This document shows, piece after piece, positions 32,125 to 41,224 of a DNA stretch of 64,000 bases. The DNA lies in assembly GCA_038210825.1 (NCBI GenBank), contig JBBQWG010000042.1:145-64144 (forward strand), written 5' to 3'. The first letter of the stretch is position 1; the number at the start of each line of letters is the position of its first letter. The DNA comes from Verrucomicrobiales bacterium. Its GTDB lineage: Bacteria; Verrucomicrobiota; Verrucomicrobiia; Verrucomicrobiales; V1-33. The position numbers and the translations under genes were made by a program. A model generated the notes under the pieces. It was not told the DNA's origin and did not search any database. It was given only the letters and a program-made list of their open reading frames with translations.

Positions 32125-34281
32125 TCAGTCCGTGCCTCGGAGCAGCGCCAGTTTTTCGCAGGCTTTCAGGTCCAGTTTGCCACTGGCCAGCACGGGGATT
32201 TGTTCGATCCGCACGAGGCGGCGGGGAATCCAGAGAGACGGCACTCCCTGCTCCAGCAGGGTGTATCGGAGCTGGATGATCTCCTGTTTGACGGCTTCGC
32301 TGGCGACGGTGCTGAGGAGGACCAAGGCCTCTCCCTTGTCATCGTCCGGCACCCCCACGACGGCGATGCGGCGTTCGCTTTCCCCTTCCAGATGGAGGGC
32401 GCGGGTGATGTGTTCCTCCACGATTTCATGCGGCACCATTTCGCCTCCGATCTTGGAAAAGCGGCTGAGGCGTCCTTCGATAAAAAGAAATCCATCCTCA
32501 TCGAGCCGTCCGATGTCCCCGGTGCGGAACCAGTCATTCTGGAGGACTTCCTCGGTTTTGCGGGGTTGTTTGAGGTATCCCTTGAAGACGTTAGGGCCCT
32601 TGAACCAGATCATACCGGACTGGTTGACGGATAGTTCGGCATCGGTGGAGGGATCCGTGATCCGGATGGCGAGACCCGGGAGCAACTGACCCACGGAGCC
32701 GACCCGGCGCACCGGCAGCACCGGCCATGGGGAATTGTCAGGTTCGGGCAGATTGAAGTTGGTGGCGGGGGTGGTTTCGGTGAGGCCGTATCCCTCCATG
32801 ACCGGTTTGCCGAATTTCTTGAGAAATTCCTCCTCCAGGTTGAGCGGCAGTTTTTCGGCTCCGGTGACGATGAGTTTGAGACTCGCCAACTGCTCGACCT
32901 TGACCCGTTTCAGATAGCCGCGCAAAAAGGTAGGGGTGCTGAGCATGAGGGCTACCCGGTGCTGGTCCACCAGTTCGGACAGTTTGACCACCTCCAGCGG
33001 GCTGGGATAGGTGACGAGGGGATGCCCCTGCATGATAGGGAACCACAGGGTGACGGTGCCACCCAGGGAATGAAAGAGCGGGAGGGAGCCGAGAATTTTA
33101 TCCTCGGGCGGCAGTCCGAGGCGGAGGGCAAACTGGGTGACGTTGCTGACAATATTCCGGTGGCTGAGGGCCACGCCCTTGGGCTCACCCGAACTGCCGC
33201 TGGTGAAAAGCAGGGCCGCTTCCCGGTCGCCGCCTTCCGCGGAAAGGCCTAGCAATTTCGCAAGGATGGACACCGGCAGCAGTTTGAGGGCAATGAGCCA
33301 CTGGATGATCTTCGGCTTCAACTGCGGCATGATGCGCTCCAGAAACATCAGTTGTTTGGTGGGCGGCCATGGAAAGCTCTGCACTTTCCTGACAAAGGCA
33401 TCGGCGGTGAGGAACCGGTCGATCCCGCTTTGCCGCATGGCGCTTTCGACGGCTTCCTTGCCGGCGGTGAAGTTGAAGTTGACCGGGATTTTTCCGGCGA
33501 GGACGGCAGCCATGTTGGCGACCAGTCCGGCGCGCCCGGGCGGCAGGGCGATCCCAATCCGGGGCTGCTGGGTTTCCTTTTTGATCAACTGGGAAAGCGC
33601 GGCCGCCGCCGCGAAGATTTTGCCATAGGAGGTCACGCTGCCATCCATGCCATCCACGATATGCCCGTGGGTGCCATGTTTTTTGAATCCCGCAAGCAGC
33701 ATGCGGCCCAGGGGAACATTGAGCGCCGGCCGGGTGGCGAAGGCCTCGGCACTCGCAGCAATCAGGGCGGCCTGCACGGCGGCGAACGTGACCCCGGCTG
33801 CGGGAATCACGGGCGCGATAGCATAAACGACCTCCGCGCTGGAGAGACCCGGGTCGATGGATAGCACTTCGCTGCGCGGGTAATCCACGCCGATGGCCTG
33901 AATGGGCATGCCGGACCGGCAGAGATCCTCCAACAGCAGGCGGGGAATAGCGTGATTGGCCACGGGCGGGGCCGTGACCGTGGGTGGCACATAAAGAACC
34001 ACGTTGCCAGCCTGGATGGCCGCATGCAGCGCCTCGTGAGCCCCGGGGGAACCGCGTTCGATCACCGGCAGGTTCAGTGCGGCAATGGCATGGGCCGTAT
34101 CGTTGGCGTAGGCCGCGCCGGGTTCCGTCAGCAAGGTCAGGGCACGTCCGGCCGCCAGTTTGGCCAACCGGGGCAAATCCCCAGGAGCCAGCCGGGCCGG
34201 GAGGAGCAGGACTCCGTCAGAGGATAATAAATCGGTGTGGAGCACCGTAACACCGCGGGAAGTAGTAGTGGCGTGGGCCAT
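32125..34281 (-). CDS. AMP-binding acyl-ACP/acyl-CoA synthetase-like protein (Aas C-terminal-domain homolog) with extra N-terminal domain
   Basis: LLFTSGSSGEPKGVALSHRN (AMP-binding core), MEGYGLTETTP, WFRTGDIG, ASGKLDLK. Start is ATG 34281 (MAHATTTSRGV). The ORF-track N-terminal extension to 34794 runs through intron domains V/VI and is rejected. Confidence 0.85.
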   Translation of the reverse strand: MAHATTTSRGVTVLHTDLLSSDGVLLLPARLAPGDLPRLAKLAAGRALTLLTEPGAAYANDTAHAIAALNLPVIERGSPGAHEALHAAIQAGNVVLYVPPTVTAPPVANHAIPRLLLEDLCRSGMPIQAIGVDYPRSEVLSIDPGLSSAEVVYAIAPVIPAAGVTFAAVQAALIAASAEAFATRPALNVPLGRMLLAGFKKHGTHGHIVDGMDGSVTSYGKIFAAAAALSQLIKKETQQPRIGIALPPGRAGLVANMAAVLAGKIPVNFNFTAGKEAVESAMRQSGIDRFLTADAFVRKVQSFPWPPTKQLMFLERIMPQLKPKIIQWLIALKLLPVSILAKLLGLSAEGGDREAALLFTSGSSGEPKGVALSHRNIVSNVTQFALRLGLPPEDKILGSLPLFHSLGGTVTLWFPIMQGHPLVTYPSPLEVVKLSELVDQHRVALMLSTPTFLRGYLKRVKVEQLASLKLIVTGAEKLPLNLEEEFLKKFGKPVMEGYGLTETTPATNFNLPEPDNSPWPVLPVRRVGSVGQLLPGLAIRITDPSTDAELSVNQSGMIWFKGPNVFKGYLKQPRKTEEVLQNDWFRTGDIGRLDEDGFLFIEGRLSRFSKIGGEMVPHEIVEEHITRALHLEGESERRIAVVGVPDDDKGEALVLLSTVASEAVKQEIIQLRYTLLEQGVPSLWIPRRLVRIEQIPVLASGKLDLKACEKLALLRGTD

Positions 34282-34407
34282 GCCGGATAGAGGGGGGAGG
34301 AAAAAGAAAGGAAAAATCAGCAGAAGCGGGGATCGCAGGGGCTGGAAGACCCGCAGTATCCCCAGTGGCGAAGAAATCTCAATGAAGAACCGCTGAAGGG
34401 AATCTTG

Positions 34408-36470
34408 ATAGGGGGTAGGGATGGCGCATTGGTTTGCGCCACCCCTCCCTCCGAACCGGACGTGCAGATTTCCCGCATCCGGCTCTCCGGTCAACATGTT
34501 GCTCCTTCTTTTCGGAGACTCATCACGAATTCGTCCCGGGCCGAGACCAGACTGTATAACCCGAGTTTCCCGAAGTAGCGGTTGGGCCACCGGAAGTGGT
34601 CTGGGCCGTGGCCCCGACCCTTTCCTTTGTGCCTTTTGCGCAGGATCGACCGCAGGCGCATTCTCACCCACTGGTCCATTTTCACATGTTCTCCCCGCAG
34701 CGCCTGCTGGAAGTAGTTCCCCCAGCCCCGCAGCACCGGATTGATGCCCGCGATGATGGCCGGGAGGCTTTTCCCGCTGGTGCGCCGCGTCCATGGTCTC
34801 AGCGTGCCACGCAGTTTCTGCTGGCTTTTGGGTCTGATGAGCCGCAGCAGCTTGCCTTTCCCGGACCGCTGGAAGCGGTAGCCAAGGAAGTCGAAGTAGC
34901 TGCCGCCCGGGACCATGTCCACGATCCGGGTTTTGTCAGGATGCAGGGTAAGCTGCGCTCCTTCCATCCACCCTTGCACAAGGGCGAGCGCCTGCCGGGC
35001 GGCTTCCCCGCTTTCGGTCAGGATGACAATGTCATCCGCATACCTCACGCTTCGGATGCCGTTGGCAGCGAGGAGGTGGTCGAGGGGATCAAGATAGAGG
35101 TTGGCCAGCAAGGGGCTTATGACACCCCCCTGCGGACTGCCTTTGTCAGGCGTTTCCAGCTCTTTCCCTTCTTCCTGGACGGGCTGTTTGAGGAACCCTT
35201 CGATGAGGTCCAACACTTTGCCGTCCGCGATGCGCTCTTTGACCAGCGCCATCAGCGGAGCGTGCGGGATGTTGTCGAAGTAACCCTTGATGTCCACGTC
35301 CACTACATGTGTCAGGCCGCTGCACAGCAGTCTTTCGACTTCGCGCAGGGCGTCCTTGCAGCCGCGTCCGGGCCGGAACCCATAGCTGCCATCCGCAAAC
35401 TGGCTCTCGAAGATTGGTTCGATCACCATTTTCAGCGCCGCCTGCACCACGCGGTCGGTGACCGTGGGGATGCCCAGCGGACGCCGTTCACGGCTGCCTG
35501 CTTTGGGGATTTGGACCCGTCGGACTGCCTGGGGCCGGTAGCTGTTCTTCGTTAGGCGCTCATTCACGGCGAGCAGCCGGTTTTGGCTGTCTTGGTCGAA
35601 GAACTCCACGCTGATCCGGTCCACGCCGGCAGCCCCGGCATTGGACCGGACGGCTTCCCAGGCCATCCCAAGGGTTTTGACGGCCCTCACTTTGTCGATC
35701 AGGCTGAACCACTTGTTTCCTTCTTTCCCTCTTCCGAGGGCGATGAGCATGGCTTCCGTCCATACCCCGCGTTCGGCCCCGTAGCGTTGCCACAGGTCCT
35801 CTTCAGCTTGCTTATCCCCTGCGGGAACTGACGCTGATGGTTCGTCGCGGTTCATGGCTTTAGTCCATTTGTTTTCCTGCCGCCCTTCGCTCCACCGGCG
35901 TTACCCGGCTTCCGCGCTACTACGGCGGCTCTGACTCCTGACAGGCACCGTCTCCGGTGGTCTTTCCGGTCAGGTCTCCCATCTTCACGCGCACTACCCC
36001 TGCTCAACCTACTGCCACCAACCACCCAAAACGCGCCGCCACTCCCACCATGTTCACGGGGGGACGGTTCCTGCGGATGCGCAGCTTGCCCCAGCCGCAG
36101 GAGGACTTCGCCGTTCACTCGCGGGCTCGTCCACGTTTCCGGCCGAATCGTGTTCACTTGCGTTGCGGTCGATTGAGTTCTCCTCACGATGCTCCCCACC
36201 CCACCTCGCGGTGACGCAGTTTCGTTTGAGTTATTTACGGTTTTAATGGGTTCGTTATGCCGGGTCTCCCACCCGGCGGGGTGGTGCGGCTCGATGGCGC
36301 ACGAGTGCGCGGGGCTTGCCGCCGCATTACAGTTTGGAGTGCGCGCGGCCCTCCGCCGCTTTTCGGGCGAGATAGCTTGCTGATAGTGGGTGAAGGTCCG
36401 CTTCAAGGCCGCCGCGGCTCCGCGCCCTATGCCTCCGGCATCCTCCTAAAGCGGCAGGGGGCTGCCGCAC
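34408..36470 (-). mobile_element. bacterial group II intron (~2.06 kb) with intron-encoded RT/maturase
   Basis: The 5' end is GTGCGGCAG at 36470. Domain V is GAGCCGGATGCGGGAAATCTGCACGTCCGGTTC (34485-34453). Domain VI has a bulged A and ends ...CCCCCTAT at 34408. The RT ORF sits in domain IV. Boundaries are hand-derived. Confidence 0.85.
34491..35855 (-). CDS. group II intron reverse transcriptase/maturase
   Basis: RT motifs RPLGIPTVTDRVVQ, GSPQGGVISPLLANLYL and RYADDIVIL. Maturase X domain INPVLRGWGNYF. No HNH endonuclease domain follows. Confidence 0.95.
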   Translation of the reverse strand: MNRDEPSASVPAGDKQAEEDLWQRYGAERGVWTEAMLIALGRGKEGNKWFSLIDKVRAVKTLGMAWEAVRSNAGAAGVDRISVEFFDQDSQNRLLAVNERLTKNSYRPQAVRRVQIPKAGSRERRPLGIPTVTDRVVQAALKMVIEPIFESQFADGSYGFRPGRGCKDALREVERLLCSGLTHVVDVDIKGYFDNIPHAPLMALVKERIADGKVLDLIEGFLKQPVQEEGKELETPDKGSPQGGVISPLLANLYLDPLDHLLAANGIRSVRYADDIVILTESGEAARQALALVQGWMEGAQLTLHPDKTRIVDMVPGGSYFDFLGYRFQRSGKGKLLRLIRPKSQQKLRGTLRPWTRRTSGKSLPAIIAGINPVLRGWGNYFQQALRGEHVKMDQWVRMRLRSILRKRHKGKGRGHGPDHFRWPNRYFGKLGLYSLVSARDEFVMSLRKEGATC

Positions 36471-36492
36471 TATCTCCAAAACATGACGTGCC

Positions 36493-37086
36493 TCACTCCC
36501 CGCCACCCAGCAGGCCGAGGGAAGCCAGCAGATAATAAAATCCGCCCAGGCTGATCAGCACCGATCCGCCAATGAGGGCGGCCCGGTGGAACTTTTCCCC
36601 CCATTGATCCCGGCCGATTTTAAGCACGCCGGAGAGCGGGGCCACCACACAGAGGTGGCCTACTTCAACGCCCACGCAGAACAGCACCACCGCCCAGCCC
36701 ACCACCGCTCCGGACAAACCGCTCAGGCTTTCCAATAAATACCCGGCCAGTCCCATGCCGTGGATCAGGCCGAAAAGGAATGCCACCGCGAGCCGTCGCA
36801 CACTGGCCGCCGCTCCGGGCAGGAAGATGTTTTCCAAGGCCACAAAAATAATGCTGGCCGCGATACAAGGCTCCACAAACCAGCCGGGCAGCAAGGGCGC
36901 GCCCCGCACCACCGTCAGGGCTGCGGTCAGGGAATGGGCAATGGTAAACACCCCGATCACCTTGAAAACCTCCCAAAATCCGCGCAGCGCCAGCACGAGG
37001 GCGCAGGCAAACAACAAATGATCCCAGCCCGTCAGCACGTGGTTGACGCCGAGATTAAAATAGGTGCCGAGGCTGTTCCAGTCCAT
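36493..37086 (-). CDS. HupE/UreJ family metal (Ni/Co) transport-associated membrane protein
   Basis: GVNHVLTGWDHLLFACALVLAL (H-x3-G-x-DH signature), TIAHSLTAAL, LFGLIHGMGLAG. ATG 37086 is preferred over the 37152 ORF start. Confidence 0.75.
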   Translation of the reverse strand: MDWNSLGTYFNLGVNHVLTGWDHLLFACALVLALRGFWEVFKVIGVFTIAHSLTAALTVVRGAPLLPGWFVEPCIAASIIFVALENIFLPGAAASVRRLAVAFLFGLIHGMGLAGYLLESLSGLSGAVVGWAVVLFCVGVEVGHLCVVAPLSGVLKIGRDQWGEKFHRAALIGGSVLISLGGFYYLLASLGLLGGGE

Positions 37087-37215
37087 AAGAGTTGATACGC
37101 CGGTAACAGCCGGCTGCCAGTGAAACGAGCCCTCAGCACCAATCCCACGCAAAAAATTCAGAAAACCAAATCCCGGCTTGTCCTCCCGCCGCCTCTGCCT
37201 AGGATTGGCCCGTCC

Positions 37216-37305
37216 GGAAGGGTGGCTGAGCTCGGTTTAAGGCACTCGACTCGAAATCGAACGTGGGGCAACTCACCGTGGGTTCGAATCCCACCCCTTC
37301 CGCCA
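37216..37305 (+). tRNA. tRNA-Ser (anticodon CGA)
   Basis: Acceptor stem GGAAGGG/CCCTTCC, D arm GCT-GAGCTCGGTTTAA-GGC, anticodon loop CT-CGA-AA. The long variable arm is GTGGG-GCAA-CTCAC and the T arm is GTGGG-TTCGAAT-CCCAC. Discriminator G and an encoded CCA follow. Confidence 0.9.
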
Positions 37306-37396
37306 TCTTTGATTTTTGATTCTCCGGCGAACCGTTCAGGGCCTGACGCATTCTGAATCGCTGTCAGCCCCCGGTCAAAGCATCGGATGTCAGAAT

Positions 37397-38344
37397 TCAG
37401 GATCCCTCCTCCACCAAGGCCCGCGGGGCCAGCAGAGGGAGGGCGCGGGGGCGGATTTTTACGGTAAAGGGAACGGAAAGTTTGGTGACTTCGCCATCCC
37501 GCATCACCGGGATGCGGCGGCGGCGGCGGGCGCTGATGGTGAGTTCGGTGGCTTGGAGCGCGGTCATTTCCCGGTCCTGACGCCACCAGCCGAACAGCCA
37601 TGACACAAAAGTCAGGAACAGCCCCCATCGGGTGCGGTGACGGGAGAGATACACCGTAAAATAACCGCCATCGAGGGATCGGCGCTTTGGGATAAGCCCA
37701 AACAGGTCCTCAAAATCGTTATTCGCGAGAACCGCCATGCTGGTCTTGATTTGCAGGGATTGTTGGTTGCTCTGGATCTCCAGATGCAGGGGAGGAAAGG
37801 TCGCGGCATTGGTGAAAACCGACCATGCAGTGCGCGCCGCCCGCACCATCCACGGTCCCTCATAGGATCGGCGGCCGAGGGCAAGGGCCGGATAAAATCC
37901 AAGGACCATGACACAACAAAACAGCTTGCCGTCAAAATCCAACAAATCCGAAAGCACCACCGGAGCGGTCAGGAGGGACGGCACGGCGGCTTCCCACTCC
38001 AGGGGTATGCCGGCATCCCGGGCGGCCAGATTGAAGGTGCCGAGGGGCAGAATCCCGAGGGGTTTGTCCTGCCCGGCCATGGCCGTGGCGGCGGCCGCAA
38101 CGGTGCCGTCCCCGCCGCCCACCATGACCACTTCTGCCGGACCGTCACGTGCTGCTTGGAGGGCGGCTTCGACTTCGGCTCCGGACACCAAAGACACCTC
38201 TGCCATGATACCCTCAAGGGAGAACAGCTCCTGCAACCGGGCGGCCACGTGATCGGGCCCAAGGCGGCCGATCGTTCCGGAGTCGCGGTTCAGCACGATA
38301 GCCACGCGGGACCAACGGGGCGGGGAGGAAGTGAGGGGCAGCAC
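37397..38344 (-). CDS. diacylglycerol kinase family lipid kinase (YegS-like)
   Basis: VMVGGGDGTVAAAATAM (GGDGT), LGILPLGTFNLAARDAGIP. Confidence 0.85.
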   Translation of the reverse strand: MLPLTSSPPRWSRVAIVLNRDSGTIGRLGPDHVAARLQELFSLEGIMAEVSLVSGAEVEAALQAARDGPAEVVMVGGGDGTVAAAATAMAGQDKPLGILPLGTFNLAARDAGIPLEWEAAVPSLLTAPVVLSDLLDFDGKLFCCVMVLGFYPALALGRRSYEGPWMVRAARTAWSVFTNAATFPPLHLEIQSNQQSLQIKTSMAVLANNDFEDLFGLIPKRRSLDGGYFTVYLSRHRTRWGLFLTFVSWLFGWWRQDREMTALQATELTISARRRRRIPVMRDGEVTKLSVPFTVKIRPRALPLLAPRALVEEGS

Positions 38345-38501
38345 CCGCAGGCAGCGTGGCCCGGGACGCTTGTTGCCTGACGAGTTTTAAAAGATTGCTC
38401 TCATGCCGGGATCCGCCAACGGTGCGGGAAGCCGTTTCAAGGCCTGCCCGGTGGGCGGCATGGCCCCGGCTGCTGGTCCGTCAGGGTCACCGGCTGTTGG
38501 A

Positions 38502-38921
38502 TCAATATTGCGCAAGAAGATACTTGATGAGATCTGTCGAGGTCACCATGCCGACCAGTTTACGGCCGGACACCACGGGCACACAGTGGAACTGGCCTTC
38601 CGCCAACAGCTCCGCTGCCTGACGGACATAACCATCGTGGGGCAAAGTAACCGGATCCTTCTTCATGGCCTGCTCAAGGGTGATGGAGTGATCCAGCACC
38701 GCATCCACCGCCCGGTGGTCGGTCCCAAAGGCCTCGCCGAAACTCAGATTCAGGATATCGGACCAACTGATGATGCCGGTCAGATCGTCGCCACTAACCA
38801 CCGGGATATGGTGCACTCCGGTGGTGAGCATCAACTGGCGCACTTTCGAAAGGGGAGCCCCATGGTGGACGGTGACCAGTTCCTTGCTCATGATGTGGCT
38901 GAAGGGTTCGTTCTGTTTCAT
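38502..38921 (-). CDS. CBS domain pair protein
   Basis: Two CBS repeats (IMSKELVTVHHGAPL...HHIPVVSGDDLTGIISWSDI and MKKDPVTLPHDGYV...HCVPVVSGRKLVGMVTSTDL). ATG 38921 (MKQNEPF) is preferred over the long ORF start at 39095. Confidence 0.85.
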   Translation of the reverse strand: MKQNEPFSHIMSKELVTVHHGAPLSKVRQLMLTTGVHHIPVVSGDDLTGIISWSDILNLSFGEAFGTDHRAVDAVLDHSITLEQAMKKDPVTLPHDGYVRQAAELLAEGQFHCVPVVSGRKLVGMVTSTDLIKYLLAQY

Positions 38922-39091
38922 AGGGTGGTATGATGACAGAACCCACCGTCCCCGGCTCCGCATTTCAGGCCAAAGCCTGCGCATTCCATGCGGCCACCGC
39001 CGGACAAACCCGCAACCTCCGGCTAACCCCGGGGGGTGCTGCCGGACTGGAAATGCCCGCCGGGCCCCCACGGCAGAGGGCAGGATGAATC

Positions 39092-39760
39092 TCACACCGC
39101 CCGCATGGCCGAGACCGCCGCGGTCATGTCAGGAGCGCCGAACAGGGAACTCCCGGCCACCAGAACGTTCGCCCCGGCCGCCGTGGCCAGTGCAGCAGTT
39201 TCCTGGGTAATGCCGCCGTCCACTTCGATGTGATACTTCAAGCCATGGGCCCCGCGGTAATCCCGCGCCGCCCGCACCGTCTCAAGGGTATGCGGGAGCA
39301 GGGGCTGACCTCCAAAGCCGGGCACGACGGTCATCACCAGCAGCAGATCGATCTGATCCAGATAGGGGATGACCATGGAAAAATCCGTTTCCGGCCGCAG
39401 GGAAAGGCCGGCCTTGCAGCGCGCCTCCCGGATCCGGCGCAGGGTTTCGCCCACCTCATGCCGGGCCTCCACGTGCACCGTGATGCCATCGGCCCCGGCC
39501 TTGATAAACCGTGGCAGATAGTGGTCCGGCCGCTCGATCATGAGATGCACATCCAGATAGATATCGTTCGTCTTCGACAGGCACTCGATGAATTGCGGGC
39601 CGAAAGTGATGTTATCCACAAAGTGCCCGTCCATGACATCACAATGCAGCCAGTCAGCCCCGGCGCGGATGGCGCGGGAACATTCGTCAGGAAGACGGCT
39701 CCAATCCGCCGCGAGCAGCGAAGGAGCGATGATGCGGGACGTGCAGGGATGCTGGATCAT
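39092..39760 (-). CDS. rpe: ribulose-phosphate 3-epimerase
   Basis: IAPSLLAADWSRL, LHCDVMDGHFVDNITFG, MTVVPGFGGQ, EVDGGI. ATG 39760 (MIQHPCTSRII). Confidence 0.93.
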   Translation of the reverse strand: MIQHPCTSRIIAPSLLAADWSRLPDECSRAIRAGADWLHCDVMDGHFVDNITFGPQFIECLSKTNDIYLDVHLMIERPDHYLPRFIKAGADGITVHVEARHEVGETLRRIREARCKAGLSLRPETDFSMVIPYLDQIDLLLVMTVVPGFGGQPLLPHTLETVRAARDYRGAHGLKYHIEVDGGITQETAALATAAGANVLVAGSSLFGAPDMTAAVSAMRAV

Positions 39761-39829
39761 GATAGAAGAGGTTCCGGAAGGAGCCCACTCATGGCATGTC
39801 ATGGCCCGCCGGGCAACGTCAAGTCGGAG

Positions 39830-39934
39830 GCAGCGGGCAGCGGGCAGCGGGCAGCGGTCGGCAGTCGGCAGTCGGCAGTCAGCAGTCAGCAGTCAGCAGT
39901 CAGCAGTCAGCGGTCAGCGGTCAGCAGGCAGCGG
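39830..39934. repeat. blocky heptanucleotide tandem array (15 units; reverse complement of the CCGCTGA family), intergenic
   Basis: 4x GCAGCGG, 3x TCGGCAG, 4x TCAGCAG, 2x TCAGCGG, 1x TCAGCAG, 1x GCAGCGG. It lies 70 nt upstream of the rpe start. Confidence 0.9.
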
Positions 39935-39973
39935 CGGCCAGCGGTTGCCGGGCACCGGCCAGCTGCCAGCGTC

Positions 39974-40346
39974 CAGCGCCAACGGCGCATCCCATGACAG
40001 CCTGGGGTTTCAACCCCAGGAAACCCGGCCCCCCCCGATCCGGAGCGCCATCGGCGCGTTCCATGATGGCGATGTGGATGGCGACGACCAGGCGGGGAAA
40101 TCGGCTTGCTCCGGCCAATCATGAAACGCGCTTTCAGCGCTGGGAAATGGGGAGGGATGATAACCTGGGGTTGAAACCCCAGGCTGTCATGGAATGCGTC
40201 GTTGGCGCTGAAGCGTGTGCATCAAGTGCAACTCGTCTGCCCCCCGAGGCTGTCATGGAATGCGCCGTTGGCGCTGAAGCGTGTGCATCAAGTGCAACTC
40301 GGTCTGCCCCCCGAGGCTGTCATGGAATGCGCCGTTGGCGCTGAAG
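39974..40346. repeat. composite repeat region: 47-bp inverted repeat arms plus 2.5 tandem copies of a 66-67 bp unit
   Basis: Left arm 39974-40020 (cagcgccaacggcgcatcccatgacagCCTGGGGTTTCAACCCCAGG) is the reverse complement of 40164-40210. Tandem units start at 40182, 40248 and 40315 (ggctgtcatggaatgcgYcgttggcgctgaagcgtgtgcatcaagtgcaactcg(g)tctgccccccga). Confidence 0.85.
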
Positions 40347-41099
40347 GGGAACTTGCCGGCGACGCTTCAGCCAGATCCCCAACGGCAGGGCCAGCACCAG
40401 GGCCAGCAGTCCTGCGGTCATCACGGCAAGCCGGCCTCGTCCTCTGATTTCCCGGGAGAGGACCGTACCAGTGGTCAGATCAAAGGTATATAATTCCTGA
40501 TAGCCCAGATCAAGGATCCGATCCCATCCCCGCCACAAGCCCCGCCGTGCCGTGGACAACAGGAGGCGGTCTCCCAACACTTCAAATTCATCATACCATA
40601 CCGAGTGCCAATCAAGACTGGTAAACCTGAAAAAGGGTCCCTGCCGCAGGCCGGTCAACAATTGATGGCGGCTATACTCCCGGATGGGAAGTCCGTCCCG
40701 GTAAAAAGCCAGGGCCCAGGACGCCCGCAAATCAAGAGCCCCGATATTGCGCCGGACGACACTTCTAAAATCGTCCGACCATTTCATATCGTCCTTCTGG
40801 CTGAACCAATCCACCTGCCAGACGGGCTGGAGGGTCACGGCATCATAAACCCCCGATTTCGGGAAAGTCTCATGCAAGGCTATTCTCCTTCCCTCTGGTA
40901 GCGTGAATCTGACCGGCTGCAGGACTTCGCGACTGCTATCCCGGGGCAACATCACCAGAACCTGTCGCCCATCCGCCGTGATCCTCGCATGGGAAACGTC
41001 AACGGAGGTTTTGGCCAGCAAGTTCCCCGTGCCTGCCCACACCAAGAGGAACACCAGACCACACTGGCACCAGTTTGCTGCCGCCAAGGACAGGCTCAT
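40320..41099 (-). CDS. hypothetical exported protein with C-terminal TM anchor (259 aa)
   Basis: N-terminal signal-like WCQCGLVFLLVWAGTGNLLA, C-terminal helix LAVMTAGLLALVLALPLGIWL followed by KRRR. The last 8 codons and the stop (..QRQRRIP*) lie inside the third tandem repeat unit. Confidence 0.6.
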   Translation of the reverse strand: MSLSLAAANWCQCGLVFLLVWAGTGNLLAKTSVDVSHARITADGRQVLVMLPRDSSREVLQPVRFTLPEGRRIALHETFPKSGVYDAVTLQPVWQVDWFSQKDDMKWSDDFRSVVRRNIGALDLRASWALAFYRDGLPIREYSRHQLLTGLRQGPFFRFTSLDWHSVWYDEFEVLGDRLLLSTARRGLWRGWDRILDLGYQELYTFDLTTGTVLSREIRGRGRLAVMTAGLLALVLALPLGIWLKRRRQVPLQRQRRIP

Positions 41100-41224
41100 A
41101 ATTCAAGTTAGGGAATAGCCGGTAATTTCAACCCGGCATCCTTGCCTCGGCAAGGACGGTCGAAGGACGTGCCGGAAGCGTTATAACCGACACTTAGCCA
41201 ACGAGTATAGAAAAGGAAGGTTTT

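Noticed and set aside
34282-34794. N-terminal 171-codon extension of the Aas-like ORF (ORF track 32125-34794)
   Set aside because: The extension reads through group II intron domains V/VI and the 3' end of the RT gene. ATG 34281 gives a normal start outside the intron.
35852-36406. 184-aa minus-strand ORF upstream of the intron RT
   Set aside because: It lies within the ribozyme domains I-III of the group II intron and has an Arg/Pro/Ala-rich product, so it is unlikely to be a gene.
40182-40346. Possible CRISPR array (regular 66-bp periodicity)
   Set aside because: The units are directly adjacent with no unique spacers. There are only 2.5 copies, and no cas genes are in the window. This is a tandem repeat, not a CRISPR array.
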